From Nostoc punctiforme PCC 73102 (GTDB taxonomy: Bacteria > Cyanobacteriota > Cyanobacteriia > Cyanobacteriales > Nostocaceae), in assembly GCF_000020025.1 (NCBI RefSeq), contig NC_010628.1, positions 8,190,001-8,222,000 on the forward strand: 32,000 nucleotides of DNA, written 5' to 3'. Positions 7,329 to 15,985 of the stretch are shown here, piece by piece. The notes below the pieces were generated by a model. The model was not told where the DNA came from. It ran no database searches and was given only the letters and a program-made list of their open reading frames with translations. The position numbers and the translations under genes are program-made. Numbering within the stretch: position 1 is the first letter of the stretch; every line of letters starts with the position of its first letter.

Positions 7329-8364
7329 TGTGTTTTACCCCCAAACCTGGTAAATCGTTTAGCAAAACTCTACCTTCTTTTAGCAATGCACCCGTAAAGG
7401 GATCATCGATTAAGTTGAGGTGACTGTCTAAATCTAAATAATCAGCTAGTGGCGCTAGCTGTAATGCTGCTGTATTAGCTAGGGAACTATCAGAATAGCA
7501 ACCGAACATTACTTGCAACCGATATGCTCGCGCTGTATGTACCATTCGCATCGCTTCTGTTAGTCCCCCTGATTTCATCAGTTTGATATTAATACCATCC
7601 ACGTGATTTGCCAAATCGGGAATATCAGAGCTTGTGAAGCAACTTTCATCAATAAAGATGGGTAGGGGAGAGTGTTCTTTGAGTTTTGCTAAACTTTTTT
7701 CCTCGCCCCGTGGCAATGGCTGTTCTACATACTTTATACCCAATTCAGCTAGCCAATTGCACATTGCGATCGCATCTTCTAAACTCCAACCCCCGTTAGC
7801 ATCAACGAAAAACTCTGGTTCTGGTGCTTCTTCTCGCACCGCTAAGAGCATTTTTTTATCTGCATCTATGCCATCTGGACTACCTAACTTCACCTTGAAA
7901 AGGCGGACATCGGTAAATTGTAACCAGTCTCGCGCTCTGGCTCTAGCACCTTCAGGCGAATTGATCCCAATTGTGACTGAAGTTGGGACTATTTGATTGC
8001 GATCGAGTCCCCAAAGTTGCCATAAAGGTAATCCTACGCGCTTACCTAACCAGTCGTGCATTGCCATATCCAAGGCTGCTCTAGCAGCAGAAGGAACCTG
8101 GTTTTGTGTTAAAACTTGCTCAATTTGCTGTCGTTGTAAAGGGCTGAATGTTTGTAACAGTGGCACAACTTGCTCTAAAGCATTTTTGATTGTATCAGTT
8201 GATTGCCGATGATTACCCACACCAAACGGCGACGCTTCTCCCCAACCTTCGATCCCATCATGTGAAATCTTCACCCATACATTCGTTGTCTGTGCCGTTG
8301 TACCTCTACTAATGGTCAATGGAAATCTTTTATTTACCGTAAATAAATTTACATTTATTTGCAT
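7312..8364 (-). CDS. Enolase-superfamily dipeptide epimerase / N-acyl-amino-acid racemase-like enzyme
   Basis: KxK (FKVKLG), metal ligands in FVDANGGW, VEQPL and FIDES, and a second catalytic Lys in IKLMKSGG. Confidence 0.8.
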   Translation of the reverse strand: MQINVNLFTVNKRFPLTISRGTTAQTTNVWVKISHDGIEGWGEASPFGVGNHRQSTDTIKNALEQVVPLLQTFSPLQRQQIEQVLTQNQVPSAARAALDMAMHDWLGKRVGLPLWQLWGLDRNQIVPTSVTIGINSPEGARARARDWLQFTDVRLFKVKLGSPDGIDADKKMLLAVREEAPEPEFFVDANGGWSLEDAIAMCNWLAELGIKYVEQPLPRGEEKSLAKLKEHSPLPIFIDESCFTSSDIPDLANHVDGINIKLMKSGGLTEAMRMVHTARAYRLQVMFGCYSDSSLANTAALQLAPLADYLDLDSHLNLIDDPFTGALLKEGRVLLNDLPGLGVKHSASTT

Positions 8365-8502
8365 ACTAATTCTGCATATTATGTTATTGCAAAAGCAAGT
8401 GTAAGTTCAAAGTTTAGATTATCGGATGTATCTGTTATACTTTTTTACATTCATAGCTTAGTTACTAAAGTTTTTATACATAATTTTATTTTTACTTGAT
8501 TT

Positions 8503-9054
8503 ATGAGCAACTTAAAAAAATGGAAAACTTTAAAATCAAAAATGGTTTTAGATAACCCCTGGTGTCAGGTCAGATAAGATGAAATAGAATTGCCCAATGG
8601 GAAAATTATAGATGATTATTTTGTCAGTATTAAGCCTGATGTTGCGATGGTTTTACCTATCACTACTAATAGACAAATTATTTTTGTCCGCCAATATAGA
8701 CACGCAGTGGGTGAATTTTTCTTAGAACTACCAGCAGGAAATTTCGATCCTACAACAGAGAGTGCAGAAGTGGCAGCAATTAGAGAATTTACAGAAGAAA
8801 CTGGTTATATATCCCAAGAATTTAGAAAAATCGGAACTTTATACGATAAGCCGAGTAAAGATACTAATCAAATACATTTATTTCTAGCAGAGAATGTTAG
8901 CAAAATTGGAGAGCAACAACTGGATATTACCGAAGAGATTGAAGTTGTATTTATCCCTGTAGAATCAGTTTTAGATAAAATTGCCCAAGGTGAAATTTCT
9001 GTTGCAGGAACCGTTGCGGCTCTTTTTTTAGGTTTGAAACTTCTCACTTATTAA
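8503..9054 (+). pseudogene. NUDIX hydrolase (ADP-ribose pyrophosphatase-like) interrupted by an in-frame TAA at 8575..8577
   Basis: Nudix box AGNFDPTTESAEVAAIREFTEETGY. The track ORF starts at TTG 8590. The same frame upstream reads MSNLKKWKTLKSKMVLDNPWCQVR*DEIELPNGK, a typical ADPRase N-terminus starting at ATG 8503. Confidence 0.65.
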
Positions 9055-9071
9055 TAATCCAAGGGTTAATT

Positions 9072-10310
9072 ATGTTTGTTTTTATAGTAACTTATGATAA
9101 TTTCCTCAAACTTCGTCCAAGTAAGTTAGCGGAACTAGCTGAAGATGAAAAAATTCTGATTCCAGTCAAAAGGGTCTTACAGATTATTTCTTATACTGAA
9201 GAGAAAGAATATTACAGAATTATCTTGAAAAACTCTATCAATGGCAAAGATACATGGTTTGTCCGTAAGGAGCATATTGAGATATCTGATTATCTAACTT
9301 ATTATTATGAGAATGCTTATATCGGCTCTACTGTTGCAGTTAATAATATCGAGTCTTATGCTAATTTTCGTTCTTCGGATTTTGGCGGTATCGAGGTTGA
9401 AGAAGAAGTTATTAAACAGTTAAAAGTGCAGCTACAAGAAACTCCAACTATTCAAGAACGATCTTTACAACCTGCCGATATAACTAAAGATTTGGTCGAT
9501 TGTAGTGTGTTCAGTCCTGCTTCTGTAACTCCAAACGATATGTTTCTCGTCCAAGTCTTTGTTCATCTTCCTGAACAAGTTGAATCTGCCAAACAGAATG
9601 CTCAACAATTTGATCCTGAAGCTAAACAGTTAGGTGTGAGAAGTTTAGGAGTACCTATTAAACGGGGAAGTGAACTCACTTTTAACTTGTCAATTCCAAA
9701 ACTAGAAGTGGACGATCCGATTCAAAATTTGAGTTGGAATGGTAGAGCAGATTCTATTCAATTTGGAGTAACGGTTCCTGCTGATATAACTCAGAAAACA
9801 GTCATTGGAATTGTTACTGCCAGCCAAAACACAATTCCTCTCGGTCATCTAAAATTCAAATTATCGATTATTCCGTCTGCGTCTTCTACATCAAAAGAGC
9901 CTCAATTAGTAGGAGAAGTTGCTCGACATTATACAAAAGCATTCGTCTCTTATTCTTCTAAAGATCGGACAGAAGTTCTTAAAAGGGTACAGGGACTTGC
10001 TGTAAGTGGCATTACAGTTTTTCAAGATATCCTTAATTTAGAACCTGGCGATCGCTGGGAGCAAGAACTTTATCGCAACATTGATGAGTGCGATCTCTTC
10101 TTACTATTTTGGTCTACTGCTGCGAAAGAATCGCCGTGGGTGCTTAAAGAAGTCTTGTATGCTCTTGAGCGACAAGGATCTGATGGATTACGTTCCCCCG
10201 AAATTATTCCTGTAATCATAGAAGGCCCACCACTTGTTCCTCCACCTCCTGAATTGCAGGATCTCCATTTTAATGACAAACTTCTTTACTTAATGGCGAC
10301 ATCTAAATAG
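9072..10310 (+). CDS. Protein with unknown N-terminal/middle domains and a C-terminal TIR domain (412 aa)
   Basis: TIR signature from ~aa 289 (9936..10310): KAFVSYSSKD...CDLFLLFWSTAAKESPWVLKEVLYA, with a conserved Glu codon at 10149..10151. Starts 17 nt after the NUDIX stop. Confidence 0.8.
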   Translation: MFVFIVTYDNFLKLRPSKLAELAEDEKILIPVKRVLQIISYTEEKEYYRIILKNSINGKDTWFVRKEHIEISDYLTYYYENAYIGSTVAVNNIESYANFRSSDFGGIEVEEEVIKQLKVQLQETPTIQERSLQPADITKDLVDCSVFSPASVTPNDMFLVQVFVHLPEQVESAKQNAQQFDPEAKQLGVRSLGVPIKRGSELTFNLSIPKLEVDDPIQNLSWNGRADSIQFGVTVPADITQKTVIGIVTASQNTIPLGHLKFKLSIIPSASSTSKEPQLVGEVARHYTKAFVSYSSKDRTEVLKRVQGLAVSGITVFQDILNLEPGDRWEQELYRNIDECDLFLLFWSTAAKESPWVLKEVLYALERQGSDGLRSPEIIPVIIEGPPLVPPPPELQDLHFNDKLLYLMATSK

Positions 10311-10355
10311 CAGATGGCGAGCCAATTTGACTATCACGCCAGCCACCTAATTTTT

Positions 10356-11279
10356 TTATCTTGCCCATTGCTGCAAGATATAAGTATAAAAAGCGTCTTT
10401 ATCTACTTTATCCATCGCATAAATTTTCCGACCGCCAGAAACTACTTTAGTCCGCCCCTGGCTGACTCCAGTAGTGATAATTTCTGTTTCCCATTCGCGC
10501 AATTGATAAAATTCTGGGTGTCCCAAATAAGCTGTGGCCAGCACATCCCAAAAATAATAATCTTGGGGAATAACTAGCGCATAACATTGTCCGGCTAAAT
10601 CAGAGATGGGATAGTGGCGTTGTCGCCCCATTTTTTGCACTAATTCTGATGTGACTGGAACATTATTAGTTAAATCCAAAGGACACATAATAATTTCAAT
10701 TTTGGTTTCCCATACCCGCGCTGCTGAAACCGCGTCCCAATAAACATTCCATTCGGCAGAACCATCTTGTCCAGGTTCTAAACTTTTTTCTACATTGCCA
10801 CCGACATTCAAAGCACCTCCCATCCACACAATTTTGTGAATTTTGGCTTCAATATCCGGTGCTTTGTCTAAAGCTACTGCAACGGTGGTCAACGGCCCAG
10901 TTACCATCAACGTTACGGGGTCTGATGCCTCACGCAACACCTTAATCATGAAATCTTGACCTGTTTCGGCAACTAGAGGCGTAGTAATGGTTTCCCTTTG
11001 ATTGAGAATGGGGAGATGGTCAACGATAAAGGAATCACGGCGATAGAGAGTAGGAAATGGATTGATGCCGCGCACAGTGCTTTCTGCAACCGAGATATGA
11101 GAAAATCCCATCAAATCGAGAATTTTACGTGTGGCGCTAACAGCCGGTTGGATGTAGCAATCTGCTGGAGTGATGACAACACCAAGGAGTTCGATACGAT
11201 CCATCGTCAACAGCAGCATAGTTGCCAGATAGTCATCTACACCGCCATCGTGATCCATTAATACAAGTTGTTTTGACAT
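10356..11279 (-). CDS. Inosine/uridine-preferring nucleoside hydrolase family protein
   Basis: N-terminal aspartate cluster LMDHDGGVDDYLA (DxDxxxDD motif of IUNH enzymes). 307 aa. Confidence 0.85.
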   Translation of the reverse strand: MSKQLVLMDHDGGVDDYLATMLLLTMDRIELLGVVITPADCYIQPAVSATRKILDLMGFSHISVAESTVRGINPFPTLYRRDSFIVDHLPILNQRETITTPLVAETGQDFMIKVLREASDPVTLMVTGPLTTVAVALDKAPDIEAKIHKIVWMGGALNVGGNVEKSLEPGQDGSAEWNVYWDAVSAARVWETKIEIIMCPLDLTNNVPVTSELVQKMGRQRHYPISDLAGQCYALVIPQDYYFWDVLATAYLGHPEFYQLREWETEIITTGVSQGRTKVVSGGRKIYAMDKVDKDAFYTYILQQWAR

Positions 11280-11295
11280 AAAAGGAGATATTAAT

Positions 11296-11727
11296 ATGGA
11301 TGAGTTTATGGAAGCTGCGATTCAAGAAGCAAAACAAGGCAGAGAAGAAGGTGGAATTCCCATTGGTTCGGTTCTCGTCAAGGATGGCAAAATTCTCGGC
11401 AGAGGACACAATAAACGTGTACAAGATGGCGATCCTGTCACGCACGCGGAAATCGATTGTCTCCGCAATGCTGGAAGAGTTGGCAGCTACAGAGGCACTA
11501 CACTCTATTCAACTTTAATGCCGTGTTACCTGTGCGCTGGGGCTGTGGTGCAATTTGGTATTAAAAAAGTCATCGTCGGAGAATCCCAAACTTTTCCTGG
11601 TGCTAAAGAATTTATGGTATCTCACGGTGTGGAAGTAATCGATCTTAATCTTGACGATTGCGAACAAATGATGAGTGAGTTTATTGAAACGAATCCCGAA
11701 CTTTGGAATGAAGATATCGGTAATTAG
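11296..11727 (+). CDS. Cytosine deaminase of the CMP/dCMP zinc-deaminase fold (yeast Fcy1-like)
   Basis: HAE (THAEIDCL) and PCxxC (MPCYLCAGA) zinc motifs. The C-terminus ETNPELWNEDIGN resembles Fcy1 (recalled from memory). Confidence 0.8.
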   Translation: MDEFMEAAIQEAKQGREEGGIPIGSVLVKDGKILGRGHNKRVQDGDPVTHAEIDCLRNAGRVGSYRGTTLYSTLMPCYLCAGAVVQFGIKKVIVGESQTFPGAKEFMVSHGVEVIDLNLDDCEQMMSEFIETNPELWNEDIGN

Positions 11728-11749
11728 AGACGCGATTAATCTCGTCTGT
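11726..11749 (+). terminator. Hairpin dispersed repeat AGAGACGCGATTAATCTCGTCTGT at the cytosine deaminase stop (possible terminator)
   Basis: Imperfect inverted repeat read directly. Same family as 6251..6271. Confidence 0.35.
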
Positions 11750-11932
11750 ACAAGAGTTTGGAGTAGCCCGCGTCTCGGTTACTTTTGATAGGAGAATTAT
11801 GGCAGAAGCGATGGCTTAACCGCCCCCCGGAGGCGATCGCTATCTAAAAGAAATACAACAGAATAAGCTACTCGACTGCCAAGCATTCAGCCCAGACAAA
11901 AAAAGTTACCTTCACACGGATACTCATCACTC

Positions 11933-13057
11933 CTAACGCAGCAAAAGTGTGCTGTTATTATCAATCAGTGTAAGAGTTCCACCAGTGGACATACCTGGGT
12001 TGGACTGTGCTGATGCATTATAAGTCTCAATATAGCGACGCACTTCTAATGGAAAGTGGGGATAGTCTAATACTGCATCTCCATCAGCGATAGTTGCCCA
12101 GAAGTCTCGCAAACTAGGAGCTAATCTTTTCGCCTGTGATAGTGGTAAGTTTAATGGAGAGTGAGTTAGTAACTTGACTAAAAAGGGAAAAGAGCGATCG
12201 CCCATCCACTGCCGCGATGACTCTTGCAAGTCTGGAAAATCAGGCACTGACTCTACCCGATGGGATAAAATTTGCAAAGATTCTTTACCTTGGTTATCCC
12301 GATGAAACTCTAGCACCCGATAAGGGTGAGGATAGCTCACTAAAGAACCAGTGGTAATATCATATACTCCATCTGAGTAAGCAATATCCTGAACATGCAA
12401 ATGCCCTGTGAATACTAGCTTGACTCCGTAGCGCCTCAGCAATTGCAACAGTTCTGCTGAATTGGACAACATGTAGCGATTTGCCAGTGGATGGTTCGAT
12501 TGATTGGGTAAATGTTCCACCACATTATGATGCACCATCACCAAAACTAATTCATCAACAGATGCCGCCAGCACCTCTTCTAACCACCGTAGCTGTTTGG
12601 CATCCAAACACCCTACCTGCTCCCCCTCGTCATTAAAGTAGTTAGAATTCAATCCAATCAGCTTGACTCCAGGTAGCAATTGACGAATGTAGTAAATCTG
12701 CTGCGGATCTTCATAGCCAAACTTCGTGTAATAGTGGGGAAAATCCGCGAAAGCAATTGATTGCTGATCTGCCAACAGCACAGGAACGTCATGATTACCA
12801 GGAACAACATAGACGGGAAAAGGTAGCTGGGCTAAACATTGTTGTAACCAGGCATGGTTTTCTGGTTCGCCGTGCTGGGTTAAATCTCCTGGCAACAATA
12901 AGAAATCTAAATCTAGTTGTGTTAGATGTTCTAGTACACTTTGAAACGCCGAGATACTGACTTCTACCAGATGAAAACGGCTAGGATGATCCCAGATTGT
13001 GTGGGGAAGCGCCACGTGTAAGTCGCTAACTACCGCAAAGCGAAAATTGAGAGTCAT
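11933..13057 (-). CDS. Calcineurin-like metallophosphoesterase
   Basis: Motifs VSDLHV, GDLTQHG, GNHD, VHHN and GHLH in canonical order. Confidence 0.85.
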   Translation of the reverse strand: MTLNFRFAVVSDLHVALPHTIWDHPSRFHLVEVSISAFQSVLEHLTQLDLDFLLLPGDLTQHGEPENHAWLQQCLAQLPFPVYVVPGNHDVPVLLADQQSIAFADFPHYYTKFGYEDPQQIYYIRQLLPGVKLIGLNSNYFNDEGEQVGCLDAKQLRWLEEVLAASVDELVLVMVHHNVVEHLPNQSNHPLANRYMLSNSAELLQLLRRYGVKLVFTGHLHVQDIAYSDGVYDITTGSLVSYPHPYRVLEFHRDNQGKESLQILSHRVESVPDFPDLQESSRQWMGDRSFPFLVKLLTHSPLNLPLSQAKRLAPSLRDFWATIADGDAVLDYPHFPLEVRRYIETYNASAQSNPGMSTGGTLTLIDNNSTLLLR

Positions 13058-13334
13058 TGATTTATGAAAATGTTAAAAGCAGAGGTTAAAACAAGTCTTT
13101 TTCCAAAAGTATAACGCTTGGTTTGTTTCGCTGCTCAGGAGTGCATTTACTTAATATTTGTATACATTAAGCATCGATTACACGCTATGGTGACAATTAA
13201 TTTCGAGGCTGAATATAACCATTAATCTGCAAAAACATTGGAGATTTGATCTAAAGATTTAATAATCAACAGATTTAATAATCAACGTTCAAGTAACCGG
13301 GCGATCGCTTCTATCTGCACGCAAACAATTCAAT

Positions 13335-13440
13335 AGTCTCTAAGCGTAGCCCTTCTCTACGAGAAGCTGCGCCCTAAACGTAGCTATGCCGCAGGCTTTA
13401 CGGCTGCGCTCAGGAACCACTCGTCGTAGACATCGCTTTC
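13335..13440. repeat. Nostoc-type dispersed repeat (CTCTACGAGAAGCTGCGC... / ...GTCGTAGACATCGCT)
   Basis: Shares the CTCTACGAGA(A/C)GCTGCGC core with 21705..21730. GTCGTAGACATCGCT recurs at 14441..14455. Confidence 0.45.
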
Positions 13441-13513
13441 TTTGTTGGTTTCTCTGCTACTCCCCTTTTCGGTAAAATAACTTAGCAGATCGCTAAGGAA
13501 CAGGTTCAGGATC

Positions 13514-14386
13514 ATGGCTCAAGCTAGTATTGGGATTATTGGTGGCAGTGGTCTGTATAAAATGGACGCGCTCAAAGATGTAGAAGAGGTGCATATCCAA
13601 ACCCCCTTTGGTTCACCATCTGATGCTTTGATTCTGGGAACATTGGATGGTACACGGGTAGCTTTTTTGGCGCGTCATGGCCGCAATCACACGCTGTTAC
13701 CCTCTGAGTTACCGTTTCGCGCTAATATCTATGCGATGAAGCAATTGGGTGTGAAGTATTTAATTTCAGCTAGTGCTGTGGGTTCCTTGAAGGAAGAGGC
13801 GAAACCATTGGATATGGTGGTGCCAGATCAGTTTATTGACAGAACCAAAAATCGGATTTCCACGTTTTTCGGTGAGGGAATTGTGGCTCATATTGCCTTT
13901 GGCGATCCGATTTGTAAGAACTTGGCTGCTGTGTTGGCAGATGCGATCGCATCTCTCAATTTACCAGATGTTACTCTGCATCGCAGCGGTACTTATGTGT
14001 GCATGGAAGGGCCAGCTTTTTCCACTAAGGCAGAATCGAATCTTTACCGCAGTTGGGGCGCAACTATCATTGGGATGACGAATTTACCAGAGGCGAAGTT
14101 GGCAAGGGAAGCGGAAATTGCATACTCAACCTTAGCGCTGGTGACAGATTATGATTGTTGGCATCCAGACCATGACAGTGTGACGGTGGAATTGGTGATT
14201 GGCAATTTGCTGCGGAATGCTGTGAATGCTCAAAAGGTGATTCAAGAAACTGTGCGGCGCTTGAGTGAAAATCCGCCAACCAGTGAGGCGCATTCGGCGT
14301 TGCAGTATGCGATTTTGACTCAATTGGATAAAGCACCAGCCGCAACGAAGGAAAAGTTAGGGTTATTGTTGCAGAAGTATTTGTAA
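13514..14386 (+). CDS. mtnP: S-methyl-5'-thioadenosine phosphorylase
   Basis: 290 aa. N-terminal [10 protein letters not shown] and PNP/MTAP family layout ([30 protein letters not shown]). Confidence 0.9.
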   Translation: MAQASIGIIGGSGLYKMDALKDVEEVHIQTPFGSPSDALILGTLDGTRVAFLARHGRNHTLLPSELPFRANIYAMKQLGVKYLISASAVGSLKEEAKPLDMVVPDQFIDRTKNRISTFFGEGIVAHIAFGDPICKNLAAVLADAIASLNLPDVTLHRSGTYVCMEGPAFSTKAESNLYRSWGATIIGMTNLPEAKLAREAEIAYSTLALVTDYDCWHPDHDSVTVELVIGNLLRNAVNAQKVIQETVRRLSENPPTSEAHSALQYAILTQLDKAPAATKEKLGLLLQKYL

Positions 14387-14509
14387 TATTGGTGGTGAAT
14401 TAGCGATCGCTTTATCCTAAGTTCAGGTGTAGGCTAGCCCGTCGTAGACATCGCTCATTACTAAAATCTCTTTGTGACAGACAATACCTCGCTGATATAA
14501 TACCTGTCT

Positions 14510-15313
14510 ATGTTTGATAATGTCTGTCGCTTTTTAGCAGAGTCATTTTCAGCCGATTTCGCTACTTGGTTACTTGGCGAATCTATTTCACTCACCCAAC
14601 TCAGTCCATCAGAATTATCCCTCGAACCAATTCGAGCAGATGCGTTAATTCTGTTACAGTCAGATGAAATTGTCCTGCATATCGAATTCCAGACCGAAGC
14701 AAAAGCCGAAATTCCCTTTCGGATGACTGATTATCGGTTAAGAGTGTATCGAAAATTTCTCCGAAAGCGGATGTATCAAGTTGTCATTTACCTGCAACCC
14801 ACCGCATCCGAATTAGTCCAGCAAACAGCTTTTGTTTTAGAAAATACCCGTCATGAATTTGGAGTTATTCGTCTTTGGGAACAACCCAGCGAGATATTTT
14901 TAAATACTCCTGGTTTGTTACCGTTTGCAACCCTCAGTCAAACTAAGGATAAAACGCGAACATTACAACAGGTTGCAGAAGCTATTGAGCAAATAAACGA
15001 TACTCGAACACAAAGTAATATTGCTGCTTCAACGGCAATATTAGCTGGGTTAGTATTAAACAAGGAACTGATTAAAAATTTATTACGGAGTGATGCTATG
15101 CGCGAGTCTGTAATTTATCAGGATATCCAGCAGGAAAAAGCTTTATCGATTATTATACGACAACTTTGTCGAAAGGTTGGAACTGTACCACCTGCACAGC
15201 TATTGAAAATACAAGCTTTGGACTCAACACAGTTGGATGATTTAGCTGAGGCTTTACTTGATTTTTCGGATTTAACCGATTTAGAAGCTTGGTTAGCGCA
15301 AAATCAAGGTTAG
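14510..15313 (+). CDS. Rpn-family / PD-(D/E)xK putative recombination-promoting nuclease with DUF4351-like C-terminus
   Basis: MFDNVCRFLAE... N-terminus and ADALILLQSDEIVLHIEFQTE (D...ExQ) core typical of the multi-copy cyanobacterial family. Assignment is from memory. Confidence 0.6.
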   Translation: MFDNVCRFLAESFSADFATWLLGESISLTQLSPSELSLEPIRADALILLQSDEIVLHIEFQTEAKAEIPFRMTDYRLRVYRKFLRKRMYQVVIYLQPTASELVQQTAFVLENTRHEFGVIRLWEQPSEIFLNTPGLLPFATLSQTKDKTRTLQQVAEAIEQINDTRTQSNIAASTAILAGLVLNKELIKNLLRSDAMRESVIYQDIQQEKALSIIIRQLCRKVGTVPPAQLLKIQALDSTQLDDLAEALLDFSDLTDLEAWLAQNQG

Positions 15314-15322
15314 TGATGCAAG

Positions 15323-15542
15323 AGCGATCGCACTTCCTCAGATTACAGTAACAGCGATCGCACTTTCTCAAATTACAGCAAAAGCGATCGCATTTTCTGA
15401 GATTACAGTAATAGCGATCGCACTTTCTCAAATTACAGTAATAGCGATCGCATTTTCTGAGATTACAGTAATAGCGATCGCACTTCCTCAGATTACAATA
15501 ACAGCGATCGCACTTTCTCAAATTACAGCAAAAGCGATCGCT
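15323..15542. repeat. Tandem array of 30-bp units, each starting with HIP1 (AGCGATCGCAYTTYCTSARATTACARYAAH), about 7.3 copies
   Basis: Unit starts at 15323, 15353, 15383, 15413, 15443, 15473, 15503 and 15533 (partial). The units are contiguous with no spacers. Confidence 0.9.
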
Positions 15543-15630
15543 ACAACGGGCTACGTCTACGCACCATCAGATTTTTCAGTGGCGTACCATTATTATAAAA
15601 TCATATAAGTGATAACACGTAAACATATAA

Positions 15631-15798
15631 GCGTTTCATCAACAAACTCATGCGTTTCATCAACAAAGGCATGCGTTTCATCAACAAACTCATGCGTTTC
15701 ATCAACAAACTCATGCGTTTCATCAACAAAGGCATGCGTTTCATCAACAAAAGCATGAGTTTCATCAACAAAAGCATGAGTTTCATCAACAAAGGCAT
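15631..15798. repeat. Tandem array of 21-bp units (GCGTTTCATCAACAAACTCAT), 8 copies plus a degenerate ninth
   Basis: Unit starts at 15631 and every 21 nt to 15778. Variation is confined to a few positions (ACT/AGG/AAG, GCG/GAG). Confidence 0.9.
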
Positions 15799-15985
15799 AA
15801 ATTTCGTTATGAAGCTTTGCTTGTTCGTGGTGTCTGGCAGATTTATTCTAAGTTGGGGCTGCTCATTATAGAAATCTCTCCGCGTACCCTAATCAAAAGA
15901 CCTCTCCCTGCTTTTACTACACAAAATTATCCCTCTCCGACTCGCAGAGAAACTTGAACTTTAGTTCAAGGTAGGGAGAGGTCTA

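Noticed and set aside
6766-8212. ORFs 6766..7059, 7634..7996 and 7997..8212 (+)
   Set aside because: They are antisense to and nested within the well-supported DUF1611 and epimerase genes, with low-complexity translations.
10070-11518. ORFs 10070..10279 (-), 10314..10577 (+), 10998..11261 (+), 11233..11445 (-) and 11300..11518 (+)
   Set aside because: They overlap the TIR, nucleoside hydrolase or cytosine deaminase genes on the opposite strand or in another frame, and none has a recognisable motif.
12757-14345. ORFs 12757..12960 (+), 13836..14078 (+), 14067..14345 (-) and 14132..14323 (-)
   Set aside because: They are embedded in the metallophosphoesterase and mtnP coding regions in other frames or on the other strand.
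15323-15542. HIP1-containing 30-bp repeats as a CRISPR array
   Set aside because: The units are directly contiguous with no unique spacers, and no cas genes are nearby. It is a plain tandem repeat.
15153-15871. ORFs 15153..15521 (-), 15601..15798 (-) and 15650..15871 (+) as small repetitive proteins
   Set aside because: They are translations of the 30-bp and 21-bp tandem arrays (MRKCDRCYCNL..., LLMKRMP..., MRFINKG...). They are open only because the periods are multiples of three. The first also overlaps the 3' end of the Rpn-like gene, and I saw no start context or RBS.
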